From assembly GCA_001800605.1 (NCBI GenBank), contig MGVS01000118.1:3047-67046 (forward strand): a DNA stretch of 64,000 nucleotides. Reading direction: 5' to 3'. This document shows positions 8,825 through 19,011 of the stretch, one piece after another. Source of the stretch: Elusimicrobia bacterium RIFOXYD2_FULL_34_15 (GTDB lineage: Bacteria; Elusimicrobiota; UBA8919). The notes beneath the pieces are model-generated. The model saw only the letters and a program-made list of their open reading frames with translations, had not been told where the DNA came from and did not search any database. Position numbers and translations under genes: made by a program. Position 1 is the stretch's first letter. Every line of letters starts with the position of its first letter.

Positions 8825-11005
8825 ATGAAAATTTCTTTAATTAAATTAACGGTTTTATATATTTTTGTAATCATTATACTTCAATTATTTGATGTATACA
8901 ATAGAATTCCTAATAATAATGTAGCGTTGAATGCATCTGGTAATATTGTTACTTTAACCGGTAAGATTATTACAGAACCTGAAAAAAGTGAAAATAAAAC
9001 ATCTTTCATTATAAAAACAGAACTTATTTCTAATGTTGCTACCAAAGGAATTGTCTTGGTTAATGTTTATGCAAAAACAAATATAGAATATGGAAATGTA
9101 GTCAAAGTAACAGGTAAATTCTTCATACCAAAAGCCCCAACGGTTCCGGGAACTTTTAATTACAAAAAGTATCTGTCCAGAAAAAAGATTTATTCAATAC
9201 TTTCAGTAACAAACAAAGAAAATATTAAGGTTTTGGGTAAAGACCCCTCCTATATTTGGCAGCTTTCATATAAACTAAGAAAAAATATTTTAGATTCTTA
9301 CGACAATAATCTTTCACCGGAACAATCCTCAGTTCTTTCCGGTATAACCATTGGGGAAAAATCCGGGCTTACCCCGTACATTCAAAAAATATTTGTAGAT
9401 GCGGGCGTTATGCATGTTCTTGTCGTAAGCGGTTCAAATGTCGCTTTTATCGCTTTAATATTTTTCTGGATTTTTAGGAATATTTTAGGAATTAAAAAAA
9501 AAGTAGCGTTCGGGCTTTTAATACCGGTTATTTTATTTTATGCAATGATTACCGGCGCCAATCCGCCTGTTGTCAGGGCAACCGTAATGACTCTAGTTGT
9601 AATAATTACGATGCTTTTATACAGGAATGTTGATATTTATCATAGTATTTTTTTATCAGCACTGATTATTTTAATTTATAATCCTGCTACGCTTTTCGAT
9701 GCCGGATTCCAGATGTCATTTGCCGCAACAATCGGAATAATATACTTTTACTCAAAATTCTTGTCATTATTGAACAAGTACAAACTACCCAAAGCTATCA
9801 ATTGGATTTTAAGTATTTTTTTGGTATCTTTAGCCGCACAGGTTGCAGTTGCGCCATTACTGGCCTATTATTTTAATAAGGTTTCAATAATAGCTCTTGT
9901 TTCAAACCTTATAATCCTTCCGCTTATTGAAATTGCACTCATATCCGGTTTTGTTTTATATCTTGCAAGTTTGATTGGCACACCTATATTATTTATTACT
10001 GCAAAACTTACAAACGGATTCGTTTCTCTGATAATATTTTTGGTTGATTATTTTGCAAATATTCCGCATTCTACAATAAGAGTTCCGACTCCGACTATAT
10101 ATTTCATTATATTGTTCTATATAATTATTATTGGATTACCTAAAATAAAATATAAAATATGGAAATGGATTGTAGTTTTTTCTATAATAATATTATCAAC
10201 TTTTCCATTAGTTAAAAATCTTTTAAGAAATAAAAATATCTTATCAATAACGTTTTTGGATGTCGGTTTGGGTAATTCAATCTACTGCGAATTTCCAAAT
10301 GGATCTAATATGCTTATAGATGGCGGCGGAAACTGGGATTCAAGATATGATATAGGTGAAAGTGTTTTGTCCCCATTTTTATGGAACAAAGGAGTAATGA
10401 AAATCGACACTATAATATTGACTAATCAGCATCTGAATCATTATAAAGGATTGATTTCAATATGTAAGAACTTTAGAATTGGTAGATTCTTAACGGAAGA
10501 TTTGGCATCTAAAGAAAGCGAACCCCTCTCCTCCGGTGAAAAACAATTACTTTTTGAGGAGCGGGGTGAATACTTTGAATTAATGAAAACCATTGTGGAT
10601 AATAAAATACCTATTGAAACAGTTACAGTCAATAATAGTTTTGAAATAGGAAAATCAAAAATACATATGCTATATTTTGATAATTCAATCACGTTAAATA
10701 TTAATTACAATGATTTTTCAGCTCTATTATGCGGTGATATCTCTAAGGAAACTCAAAATTTAATGGCGGTAAAATGCGGGCCGGCAAATATTTTACTTGT
10801 TCCTAATCATGGTAAAAAGATTCTTTCTAGAAATTTATTATTAAAAATCTCTCCGGAATTTGCTATAATATCAACCGATGAACCGGCACAAGGGGTATTG
10901 GCTCAGTTAAAACAATATAAAGAATTTTCGACATCAGAATCAGGGACAATAACTATTAATACTGACGGTGAAACAATAAAAATAGAGAAAAATTTAATAG
11001 AATAA
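8825..11005 (+). CDS. comEC: DNA internalization competence protein ComEC/Rec2, with a C-terminal metallo-beta-lactamase domain.
   Basis: Polytopic membrane protein. Competence-domain motif GVMHVLVVSGSNVAF. MBL part ITFLDVGLGNSIY...MLIDGGG...HLNHYKG. The track start at 8804 is TTG, so I prefer ATG 8825. Confidence 0.9.
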   Translation: MKISLIKLTVLYIFVIIILQLFDVYNRIPNNNVALNASGNIVTLTGKIITEPEKSENKTSFIIKTELISNVATKGIVLVNVYAKTNIEYGNVVKVTGKFFIPKAPTVPGTFNYKKYLSRKKIYSILSVTNKENIKVLGKDPSYIWQLSYKLRKNILDSYDNNLSPEQSSVLSGITIGEKSGLTPYIQKIFVDAGVMHVLVVSGSNVAFIALIFFWIFRNILGIKKKVAFGLLIPVILFYAMITGANPPVVRATVMTLVVIITMLLYRNVDIYHSIFLSALIILIYNPATLFDAGFQMSFAATIGIIYFYSKFLSLLNKYKLPKAINWILSIFLVSLAAQVAVAPLLAYYFNKVSIIALVSNLIILPLIEIALISGFVLYLASLIGTPILFITAKLTNGFVSLIIFLVDYFANIPHSTIRVPTPTIYFIILFYIIIIGLPKIKYKIWKWIVVFSIIILSTFPLVKNLLRNKNILSITFLDVGLGNSIYCEFPNGSNMLIDGGGNWDSRYDIGESVLSPFLWNKGVMKIDTIILTNQHLNHYKGLISICKNFRIGRFLTEDLASKESEPLSSGEKQLLFEERGEYFELMKTIVDNKIPIETVTVNNSFEIGKSKIHMLYFDNSITLNINYNDFSALLCGDISKETQNLMAVKCGPANILLVPNHGKKILSRNLLLKISPEFAIISTDEPAQGVLAQLKQYKEFSTSESGTITINTDGETIKIEKNLIE

Positions 11006-11034
11006 CAGCAGTTATTGAAAAAATCCCATTTGCC

Positions 11035-11113
11035 GTCATTGCGAGTGTTAACGAAGCAATCCCGATTTTTAAAACGAGATTACCACGGTCGCCTATGGCG
11101 ACCTCGTAATGAC
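11035..11113. repeat. GTCATTGCGAG...CTCGTAATGAC hairpin element (family 1 of the intergenic vocabulary).
   Basis: Terminal inverted arms gtcattgcgag / ctcgtaatgac, with an internal ggtcgcctatggcgacc palindrome. Sister copies lie at 52763-52882 and 63772-63879. Confidence 0.8.
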
Positions 11114-11116
11114 GAA

Positions 11117-11144
11117 TTGTAAGATTTTCAAGCAATCTCATAAT
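11117..11144 (+). promoter_or_regulatory. Sigma-70-like promoter candidate for nadK-recN.
   Basis: TTGTAA, 16-nt spacer, CATAAT, followed by GGAGGA and ATG 11164. Confidence 0.4.
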
Positions 11145-11163
11145 AGTATTACATGGAGGACAT

Positions 11164-11952
11164 ATGGATAACATTTTAATTATTGCTAACAAAGAAAAAC
11201 TCAAAGCAATTGAATTTTCAAGAAAGTTGTCAAGTTGGTTAAAAAAACAAAAAATCCCGGATTCTCTAAAGTTTGCTATTATTCTTGGTGGAGACGGTAT
11301 GATGCTAACCTCGGCAAGAAAACTTGCTACTAAAGGCATACCCCTTTTTGGTGTTAATCTCGGTAAATTAGGATTCCTTGCGGAAACCGATGTCAAAAAT
11401 GTATTTTCTGCATTAAAGAAAATACTTTCCGGTAATTATAAAATTGAAGAAAGAAACATGCTTGAAGTCAAAGTTTATAGAAATAAAAAACTAAAAAACA
11501 GTTTTATTGCTTTGAATGATGCTGTTATTAAAAATGGTAAAAGTGCAAGGGTAATAAAATTAAATCTTTCAATAAATCAAAAATCCATCACTGAGATTAT
11601 TGCTGATGGCCTGATTATTTCAACTCCTACGGGTTCAACTGCTTATTCTTTGTCTGTTGGCGGACCAATTGTTCATCCGGCAACAAAAAATATTCTAATA
11701 ACACCCATTGCACCCCATACTTTAACTCAAAGACCTGTAATCATTCCGAATAATTATATTGTAGATGTAAAAATAGATTCAAGTCTTGGCGATGTAATTT
11801 TATCCGTTGACGGACAAATTAATTTAAATCTTAGTAAAAATGATATTATTAAAATTCAAAATTCAGACATCCCGATAAAATTAATTACTATCGGAACAAA
11901 TGATTATTTTGAAGTTTTAAGAAAGAAACTTAATTGGGGCGTTAGAGGCTAA
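11164..11952 (+). CDS. nadK: NAD+ kinase.
   Basis: Motifs GGDGMML, NLGKLGFL and DGLIISTPTGSTAYSLSVGGPIVHP. Confidence 0.95.
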   Translation: MDNILIIANKEKLKAIEFSRKLSSWLKKQKIPDSLKFAIILGGDGMMLTSARKLATKGIPLFGVNLGKLGFLAETDVKNVFSALKKILSGNYKIEERNMLEVKVYRNKKLKNSFIALNDAVIKNGKSARVIKLNLSINQKSITEIIADGLIISTPTGSTAYSLSVGGPIVHPATKNILITPIAPHTLTQRPVIIPNNYIVDVKIDSSLGDVILSVDGQINLNLSKNDIIKIQNSDIPIKLITIGTNDYFEVLRKKLNWGVRG

Positions 11953-11954
11953 AG

Positions 11955-12116
11955 AGATAGGATACAGGATACAGTACACAGTATACAGCTTATGAAAGGC
12001 AGTACACAGGATAACAGCTCACAGGATTCAGCTCTATAAATTATGATAAACTGTATTCTGTATTCTGTGCTCTGAGTACTGCATTTTCACTGTATCCTGT
12101 ATCCTGAGTACTGACT
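11955..12116. repeat. ~150-nt composite long-hairpin element (GGATACAG / CTGTATCC arms), copy 1. Its internal site is empty.
   Basis: It fills the nadK-recN spacer. It is homologous to 27283-27436 (opposite orientation) and 45173-45291 (same orientation). Confidence 0.8.
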
Positions 12117-12121
12117 TTAAA

Positions 12122-13801
12122 ATGTTACAATCACTTTCTATAAAAAATTACGTAATAATTGATGAACTAACCGTTGAGTTCGGCGAGGGCCTTAATATTC
12201 TTACCGGAGAAACCGGTGCAGGAAAATCAATAATAATTTATGCATTAGGCCTTATTCTCGGAGACCGGGCAAATACTTCCGTAATAAGGAAAAATGCCGA
12301 GACTTGTGAATTAACCGCAGTCTTTAATATAAAAAACCTGCCTAAAATAAAGAAATTATTAAATGAAACAGGTATTCACTCCGAAGATTCCCTTATAATT
12401 AAACGTGAAATTACGTCTGACAGCAAAACAAAATGCTTTATAAACGGAACTTTTTCCACCCTAAAGATGCTTCAAGCTATCGGGGATGCACTTGTTGATA
12501 TACACGGCCAGAATGAACACCAGGCACTGATAAAAGTTGAAAACCAGAGAGATATGCTGGATAGCTATGGGAATCTTGAAGTATTAAGTGCTGAGGTCAG
12601 AGATACTTTTGAAAAATTTACAGCTCTTAAGAATCAGCTTGATGATTTAAAAAATTCCGAAAAAGACCATCTGCAAAAGCTTGATCTCTATAAATACCAG
12701 TTAAAAGAAATTGAAGGTGCAAAATTATCCGAAACAGATGAAACTGACCTTGAAAGTGAATATAACCGTTTGAATAATGCAGAAAAACTTTTCAATTATG
12801 CACAGGAAATCTATTCACTTTTGTATGATACAGAAGGAGCCGCGATTGAAACGTTGGGTAAAGCAAGGAAGCTGATGGAAAATCTTTCAGCTATTGATAA
12901 TTCAAATAGTGCAGAATTAAAAAATATTTCAACAATATTGGACGAAACAAAAGCTATTTCCGATACTTTTCTTAGATATAAAGAAAATATTGAATTTAGT
13001 CCGAAAAGACTTGAAGAAGTTATAAATAAAATAGAATTGATAAAAAATATGAAAAGGAAGTACGCACCGAATATCAAGGAAATCTTAGAATATGCCGATT
13101 ATATTAATAAACAGATAAATTTCTTTGAAAAATCTGACGAAAATACAGCAAGAATGGAAAAAGAACTAAAAATTTTAAAATCAAAACTTAATAAATTATC
13201 ACTCGAACTTTCAGAAAAAAGAATGATTTCGGCAAAAAGACTTTCCAAAGAAATAGAAAAGGAACTTTCAGAACTCGGAATGGCAAAATCAAAATTTTTT
13301 ATCATTGTTGAAAGAGAAATTGGCCCTGATGGTAATTATTCTTTTAACTCTTACGGTATCGATAATATTGAGTATGAAATTTCGACCAATGTAGGAGAAG
13401 AACTTAAGCCGTTAAAAATGGTCGCATCCGGCGGTGAAATGTCCAGAACAATGCTTGCAATTAAAACTGTTCTGGCAAAAGCGGATAAAACACCTACTCT
13501 GATTTTTGATGAAATTGATGCCGGGGTATCCGGCCCAATGGGACAAGTAGTCGGTAAAAAACTTAAAATGCTTTCAAAGAACCATCAGATATTATGTATT
13601 ACCCATCTCCCGCAACTTGCCGCTTTTTCAACAACTCACTTTTTTATTTCAAAAAGTGAAAAAGATGATAAAACAATTACATCTGTAGTAAAACTTGATG
13701 AAAGTAAAAAAACTGACGAAATTTCAAGAATGCTAGGCGGAGAAAAGAGTACTGAAACATCCCTAAAACATGCAAAAGAACTTATTAAACAAACAAAATG
13801 A
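12122..13801 (+). CDS. recN: DNA repair protein RecN.
   Basis: Walker A GETGAGKSII, long coiled coil, signature ASGGEMSR, Walker B LIFDEIDAGVSG. Confidence 0.95.
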   Translation: MLQSLSIKNYVIIDELTVEFGEGLNILTGETGAGKSIIIYALGLILGDRANTSVIRKNAETCELTAVFNIKNLPKIKKLLNETGIHSEDSLIIKREITSDSKTKCFINGTFSTLKMLQAIGDALVDIHGQNEHQALIKVENQRDMLDSYGNLEVLSAEVRDTFEKFTALKNQLDDLKNSEKDHLQKLDLYKYQLKEIEGAKLSETDETDLESEYNRLNNAEKLFNYAQEIYSLLYDTEGAAIETLGKARKLMENLSAIDNSNSAELKNISTILDETKAISDTFLRYKENIEFSPKRLEEVINKIELIKNMKRKYAPNIKEILEYADYINKQINFFEKSDENTARMEKELKILKSKLNKLSLELSEKRMISAKRLSKEIEKELSELGMAKSKFFIIVEREIGPDGNYSFNSYGIDNIEYEISTNVGEELKPLKMVASGGEMSRTMLAIKTVLAKADKTPTLIFDEIDAGVSGPMGQVVGKKLKMLSKNHQILCITHLPQLAAFSTTHFFISKSEKDDKTITSVVKLDESKKTDEISRMLGGEKSTETSLKHAKELIKQTK

Positions 13802-15132
13802 CAGAAATTAAAAAAACTGTAGGCCCTATAATTATAATAGCTTTATTTATGGGTATTTCTTCTTTGATATTTATATTACGCTCTAAAACACCTGATGTAT
13901 TTTCATTTTTTATTTTGCTGGTAATTCTCTCTTCTTTCACTACTGAAACAATCATAACCGATTTAATCGCACTTTTAATAACATTAATCGGTCTGATAGG
14001 TATGAGTTTCTCGGATGTTCCGGGTAGAATTATCCTTGTAATTGAAATCGCATCTATATGGTTTATTGTCTGGATATTGCTTCTTTTTACCGATAGAATC
14101 AAATATCAGCAGGCATCAAACAACCGTGAACTTAAAGATATTGAAACTGAAATTGAAAATACAAAAAAAGAACTTGCTTCAAACAAAAATAAGTTAGAAA
14201 AAATTTCAGTAAGAATCAGCCAATATAAAAATTTGACCGCTGCAACCAAAGAAATAGTAAAAGTTGCTAATCTGCAGGAACTGAAAGAAAAACTTTTAGT
14301 AATTATCAAACAAATACTAAATTCGGATAATGCACGGCTTATAACATTTTTACCTACTGATGATAGACCGCCTGATATTTTTGATGCATGGGTTGTAAAA
14401 AAACAGTCTTCGTTGCTAATACAGAATACTTTAAGGGATTACAGGTTTGATTATTCAAAAATACCTAATACAGTTAAATCAGTTATTGCAATACCCATGT
14501 TATACAACAAGAATATTATAGGAATAATAAGATTGGATTCCGATAAAGAAAACAGGTTTTCGCAGGAAGATATGTCTATTATTTCAATTTTGGTAAATGT
14601 TGCTGAAATGACAATTGAAAATTTCTCATTACTTGAAAAAACTAAAGAACTTTCAATAATAGACGGATTGACAGGTGTATATGTCAGGAAATTTTTTGAT
14701 GAACGGCTACAAGACGAAATTACCAGAGCATCCAGATTTAAAAAAACCGTTTGCCTCGCCCTTTCTGATATAGATCATTTTAAAAATTTTAACGATACTT
14801 ACGGCCATCAGCAGGGTGACGAAGCACTTAAAAGGTTTTCCCAGGTTTTAAAAAGAATTTGCCGTGAAACGGATATCATTTGCCGATACGGCGGTGAAGA
14901 ATTTTCCATCATATTTCCGGAAACTACAAAAGATGAATGCATGGGAATTGCTGAAGATTTAAGAATCGAATTTGGAAAAGAAATAATTAACGGTCAGCAT
15001 ATAACCGTTTCAATGGGTATATCTTCATTTCCCGAGGATGCGGTTGACCATAATCAGTTAATACGTAAAGCAGACGAAAGATTATATAAGGCAAAATCTA
15101 CAGGCAGAAACAGAGTGATATGGAAAGAATAA
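13798..15132 (+). CDS. Membrane-bound GAF-GGDEF diguanylate cyclase with an intact I-site.
   Basis: N-terminal TM helices, a coiled coil and a GAF-like region. RETD-IICRY-GGEEF gives RxxD five residues before GGEEF. It overlaps the recN stop (ATGA). Confidence 0.85.
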   Translation: MTEIKKTVGPIIIIALFMGISSLIFILRSKTPDVFSFFILLVILSSFTTETIITDLIALLITLIGLIGMSFSDVPGRIILVIEIASIWFIVWILLLFTDRIKYQQASNNRELKDIETEIENTKKELASNKNKLEKISVRISQYKNLTAATKEIVKVANLQELKEKLLVIIKQILNSDNARLITFLPTDDRPPDIFDAWVVKKQSSLLIQNTLRDYRFDYSKIPNTVKSVIAIPMLYNKNIIGIIRLDSDKENRFSQEDMSIISILVNVAEMTIENFSLLEKTKELSIIDGLTGVYVRKFFDERLQDEITRASRFKKTVCLALSDIDHFKNFNDTYGHQQGDEALKRFSQVLKRICRETDIICRYGGEEFSIIFPETTKDECMGIAEDLRIEFGKEIINGQHITVSMGISSFPEDAVDHNQLIRKADERLYKAKSTGRNRVIWKE

Positions 15133-16307
15133 TAATTATCGCGCCATTATTAACATTTTTTATCGGATATAATTTCGGAATAATTTTTTCACGAATGGTC
15201 GCTATCTTATCAATAATAGTTCTTATAATATTTTATCCATCGCATATAATTGCAAGCGCTGTAATCTGCGCATTATTACTAACCGAAATATTCCTTGAAA
15301 AATTCTACAAACAAATGAATTCTTTAAGGCAAAATTATAACGGAATATTAAACGGGCTTGTAAATGACCTGGCATCTTTAAAAAAAGATTCTGATATGGC
15401 TAAAATTAGTCTGTCCGGTAATGAAAAAGCAATAAAAAATATTCTGCATATTTACGAGTTATCCAAAGATATAGCTGGCTATGTGGATATAGAAAAAATG
15501 TTTAATTTAATTGTTAAATCTCTTGATGAACAATTTACAATTAAAGATATTTCTATGAGAATATTTGATAATAACAAACTTTTCCATAATGGGACACAAG
15601 TAAATATTGAAGAGAATGTAAAAAGTCAAAAAGTAGTAGGAAATGTAATTAATTTACCGTTATCCATAGGTGAGATATTTTTTGGAGTTATTGCAGTGAA
15701 AATTCCGGTATTGTATGAAAAAGATACCGAGTTTTTTGATGAGATATCCGCTTTTGTGGAAGAATTAAATATCGCAATTCAACGTGCAATATTACATTCA
15801 AAAGTAGAAGCAATGTCGCGGACTGATGGTTTGACGGGTCTTAACCGGCGTGGATACTTTAACGAAAGATTGAAAGAAGAAGAATTCAGGGCAAAACGCT
15901 GGAAAGGAAAATTCTCTATTTTAATGATGGATATCGATCATTTTAAAAATGTAAATGATACTTATGGGCATCAGGCAGGTGATACGGTACTAAAAACAAT
16001 ATCAGAAATATTAAAGAGTTTTATTTACGAAACGGATTTTGCTGCAAGATATGGCGGCGAAGAATTTGTTGTTATCTTCCCGCAAACCGACCCTTCAGGA
16101 CTTAAAATAAAAGTTGATAAAATTCGACAAAAAATTGAAGAAACAGAAATTATAGTTGGTTTAGAAAAATTAAAAGTTACCGCTTCATTCGGCATAGCAC
16201 ACTATCCTAAGGACGGCTTCACATCCGATGAAGTCCTTAAAAAAGCTGACATGTCTCTTTACAAATCCAAGGAAACCGGAAGGAATAAAGTAACGGAATG
16301 TGAATAA
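15120..16307 (+). CDS. Membrane-bound GGDEF diguanylate cyclase with a degenerate I-site.
   Basis: YETD-FAARY-GGEEF has Y in place of the I-site Arg. Also DGLTGLNRRGYF and DIDHFKNVNDTYGHQAGD. Confidence 0.85.
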   Translation: MERIIIIAPLLTFFIGYNFGIIFSRMVAILSIIVLIIFYPSHIIASAVICALLLTEIFLEKFYKQMNSLRQNYNGILNGLVNDLASLKKDSDMAKISLSGNEKAIKNILHIYELSKDIAGYVDIEKMFNLIVKSLDEQFTIKDISMRIFDNNKLFHNGTQVNIEENVKSQKVVGNVINLPLSIGEIFFGVIAVKIPVLYEKDTEFFDEISAFVEELNIAIQRAILHSKVEAMSRTDGLTGLNRRGYFNERLKEEEFRAKRWKGKFSILMMDIDHFKNVNDTYGHQAGDTVLKTISEILKSFIYETDFAARYGGEEFVVIFPQTDPSGLKIKVDKIRQKIEETEIIVGLEKLKVTASFGIAHYPKDGFTSDEVLKKADMSLYKSKETGRNKVTECE

Positions 16308-16421
16308 AATCAATTAAAAATGCAAAATGCAAAATTAAAAATTGTGGTATAAATTTATAAAATAAAAATTAAGTTGTAATTCCTACATTTTTAATTTTTA
16401 ATTATTAATTTTGAATTGCTT

Positions 16422-16856
16422 TTAGAACTTGATTAACTTTGTTAGATTATCCAGGTCAACGTCAGTATCTTCACAACCATCTTTGGAGAGAGGATAAAAA
16501 TAGACAGGTATTTTATTTTTCTCGCATATTTTAATTCCTTGCGTACCTTCAAAATAACAAGCAACTCCTAAAATAGCACCGGGATTCAATTCTTTAACCA
16601 TTTTTTTAACAATACTTCCGCCTTTCAATATCCTTAATCCCATAAATCCGTTTTCTTTAGCCATTTTTACGATTTTTGCTATTTTACAGCCGCCGCATTC
16701 TACACATAAATAATAACTTCCCAATTCCTTTGCTTTGCATTTTTTAATATTTCTCAGGCACTGCGGAACAAAAATAATTTTTTTGCTTGCGGGAATTTTG
16801 GCAAATTTTTCAAAATATTTTTTGTTTTTTTCAATGGTATATTTTTTGTTATCCAT
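16422..16856 (-). CDS. DUF116-like cysteine-rich protein.
   Basis: The pattern FVPQCLRN..C.A....CVECGGCKI...GGS...GVAC...GCEDTDVD matches my recollection of DUF116. No function is known. Confidence 0.55.
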   Translation of the reverse strand: MDNKKYTIEKNKKYFEKFAKIPASKKIIFVPQCLRNIKKCKAKELGSYYLCVECGGCKIAKIVKMAKENGFMGLRILKGGSIVKKMVKELNPGAILGVACYFEGTQGIKICEKNKIPVYFYPLSKDGCEDTDVDLDNLTKLIKF

Positions 16857-17144
16857 ATTAGATAAATGATTACGAGGATTTCAAAAACAGATTACGGGGA
16901 TTCAATCTTTTTTAATCACTGTAATTTATTTTTATTTTACACCGAGATTCTTTGTTATACTCCCGCCCGCATGGGCGAGGCTCGCCCATATAAATTTTAA
17001 TGGAAGACGGCAGGATGACTGCTGTTGACGTCATTCTGATCCCGATTTATCGGGTGAAGAATCTCTCAGTAGAACTTCTAAAACACGAGATGCTTCCCGC
17101 CACCAATCCGCCTCCGCCAGTTGGCGGATCGGCGGGTTATCTGC

Positions 17145-18131
17145 TTACATATTATCTTTTAGCGAGTTTACCTGTTCGGAATTGCCCATGACTATTATTT
17201 TATCTCCTACATTAACTACAGTGTTGTGTGACGGGTTAAAAGTGTAATTACCTTTTGAGAAAAGTGCAAGAATAAGAGCGCCTGATTTATGTGATTGGAT
17301 CACTGATAATTGTTTTGCATTATTTATAACTTCAACTTCCTCTACCCTTAAATCACCTTTACCTTCTTTTAACATCATATCAAGAAAAGATACAGCAGCA
17401 GGCCTAACCATCTCCGATGCCATTCTTAAACCGCCGATTAGATTCGGCTGAACCACAGAAGTGGCACCTGCACTGATAAGTTTTTTGGCTGATGTATCCA
17501 ATACTGATTTGGCTACTATTTTTATGTTTGAATTTATTTCCCGCGCAGTAATAATCAAAAAAATATTTTCCTCATCAGTTGAAAGTGTTGCAAAAAGTCC
17601 AGCAGCATTTTCAATTCCTGCTTCTTTAAGAACGTTTTCGTCAGTAGCATCACCGTTTATACAAAGATAATTACTAAGATTTTCCAATAATTCCTTATTT
17701 TTTTCAATAATTACAAACTCCCTTTTTGTTTTCGATAGTTCTGAAACCACATGGCTACCGATTTTCCCGATACCGCATACAATATAATGATTTTTTAATT
17801 GAGCTATTCGTTTTAGCATTTTTTTTCTCCTGAAAATCTGACTTAACTCGCCTTCTATGAAAAAAGAAGTAATTGAAGATACGGTAAAAAGTAAAATACT
17901 GATTCCTGATAATATCAAAATAATTGTAAATATTCTACCTGCAAAAGAAAGCGGATGAGTCTCACCGTACCCGACGGTAGCAAGTGTTATAACCGTCATA
18001 TATAATGCATCAAAGAAGTTCCATTTTTCAATGATGATATAACCGAATGTACCGAATAATAAAATTAATATAAGGATTAGAATTGTTCGGAAGAGTTTTT
18101 TATACATTTTTAATAGCGTTGAGAAAGCCAT
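17145..18131 (-). CDS. Potassium channel with a cytoplasmic RCK/TrkA-N and TrkA-C gating domain.
   Basis: Selectivity filter TLATVGYGE. Rossmann motif VCGIGKIGSHV. Confidence 0.85.
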   Translation of the reverse strand: MAFSTLLKMYKKLFRTILILILILLFGTFGYIIIEKWNFFDALYMTVITLATVGYGETHPLSFAGRIFTIILILSGISILLFTVSSITSFFIEGELSQIFRRKKMLKRIAQLKNHYIVCGIGKIGSHVVSELSKTKREFVIIEKNKELLENLSNYLCINGDATDENVLKEAGIENAAGLFATLSTDEENIFLIITAREINSNIKIVAKSVLDTSAKKLISAGATSVVQPNLIGGLRMASEMVRPAAVSFLDMMLKEGKGDLRVEEVEVINNAKQLSVIQSHKSGALILALFSKGNYTFNPSHNTVVNVGDKIIVMGNSEQVNSLKDNM

Positions 18132-18137
18132 CCCCGC

Positions 18138-18779
18138 TTAAGGATGATCGCTTAAATTTTCTGATTGGAAGTCGTATTTAAGGAAAGTTTCTACAATTTT
18201 TTGGTCGAATTGAGTGCCGCTATTTCTTTTTAATTCTGCAAATGATTCTTCAAGTGTCATCGGCTTTTTATAAGGACGTTCTGACATCATGGCATCAAAT
18301 GAATCAACAACCGCAAGTATTCTCGCACCTAGAGGAATATCGTCACCTTTAATCTTATCAGGATAACCGTTGCCATCCCACCTTTCATGATGGTGTTTTA
18401 CATACTGTGCTGCGCCTTTCATAAATGTTACACGACCAATAATATTTGCTCCGATTGTTGAATGATTCTTTATGATTTCATATTCTTCCGGTGTCAGTTT
18501 ACCCGGTTTCAAAAAAACCGATTTATCAATTCCTATCTTGCCTACATCGTGAAGAATCGCTGCCATTTCCAAATCTTTTAATTCTTGTTTTGACATTCCT
18601 AATTGCTGGCCGACAAAAGTAACAAATTTCACCATTCTTTCGGAGTGACCGCGAGTAGAATGATCTTTCGCCTCAATAGCCTCAGCTAAAGCGGAAAGAA
18701 CCTCTAAATAGATTTCTTCGTTCTGTTTGTAAAGCGGCCAACCCTTTTTGCAAAATAGATCTCTTAAGAATTTAAACAT
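18138..18779 (-). CDS. HD-GYP domain c-di-GMP phosphodiesterase.
   Basis: Motifs HSERM, AAILHDVGKIGI and HHERWDGNGYPD. Confidence 0.9.
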   Translation of the reverse strand: MFKFLRDLFCKKGWPLYKQNEEIYLEVLSALAEAIEAKDHSTRGHSERMVKFVTFVGQQLGMSKQELKDLEMAAILHDVGKIGIDKSVFLKPGKLTPEEYEIIKNHSTIGANIIGRVTFMKGAAQYVKHHHERWDGNGYPDKIKGDDIPLGARILAVVDSFDAMMSERPYKKPMTLEESFAELKRNSGTQFDQKIVETFLKYDFQSENLSDHP

Positions 18780-18971
18780 AGATTTTTTAATAACGATTGC
18801 GCTGATTTTGAAAGACTATTATTTACCCACTACGGTTCAGTGGCGGGCACAGATTTTAACACCTAAGATTATATATTGGTTTCTTCTTTTTTCTATCTGC
18901 TATCTCTCTGCCTTTCTACCTCTTTACCTTTTTACCTAATACGCTCTTTACTATGTAATGTTATAATTGTT

Positions 18972-18999
18972 ATTATACTAAATAATTGAAAAAATTCAA
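18972..18999 (-). promoter_or_regulatory. Sigma-70-like promoter candidate for the HD-GYP / K+ channel pair.
   Basis: Minus-strand read: TTGAAT, 16-nt spacer, TATAAT. The ~190-nt leader is built of repeat modules. Confidence 0.45.
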
Positions 19000-19011
19000 C
19001 TACCGGATTCT

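Noticed and set aside
10956-11396. 146-aa minus-strand ORF overlapping the comEC end and the nadK start.
   Set aside because: It is antisense to nadK and runs through the gtcattgcgag hairpin element (giving ...GIASLTLAMT...). This is a typical repeat-translation artefact.
16308-16421. Bidirectional rho-independent terminator between the convergent cyclase and DUF116 genes.
   Set aside because: The spacer contains only AT-rich imperfect palindromes (caattaaaaat / atttttaattg) with no GC-rich stem and T-tract. A terminator function cannot be supported from sequence alone.
17000-17191. 63-aa plus-strand ORF in the DUF116/K+ channel spacer.
   Set aside because: It is composed entirely of repeat modules (gtcattctga..., ccgccagttggcgg) and overlaps the K+ channel gene's 3' end.
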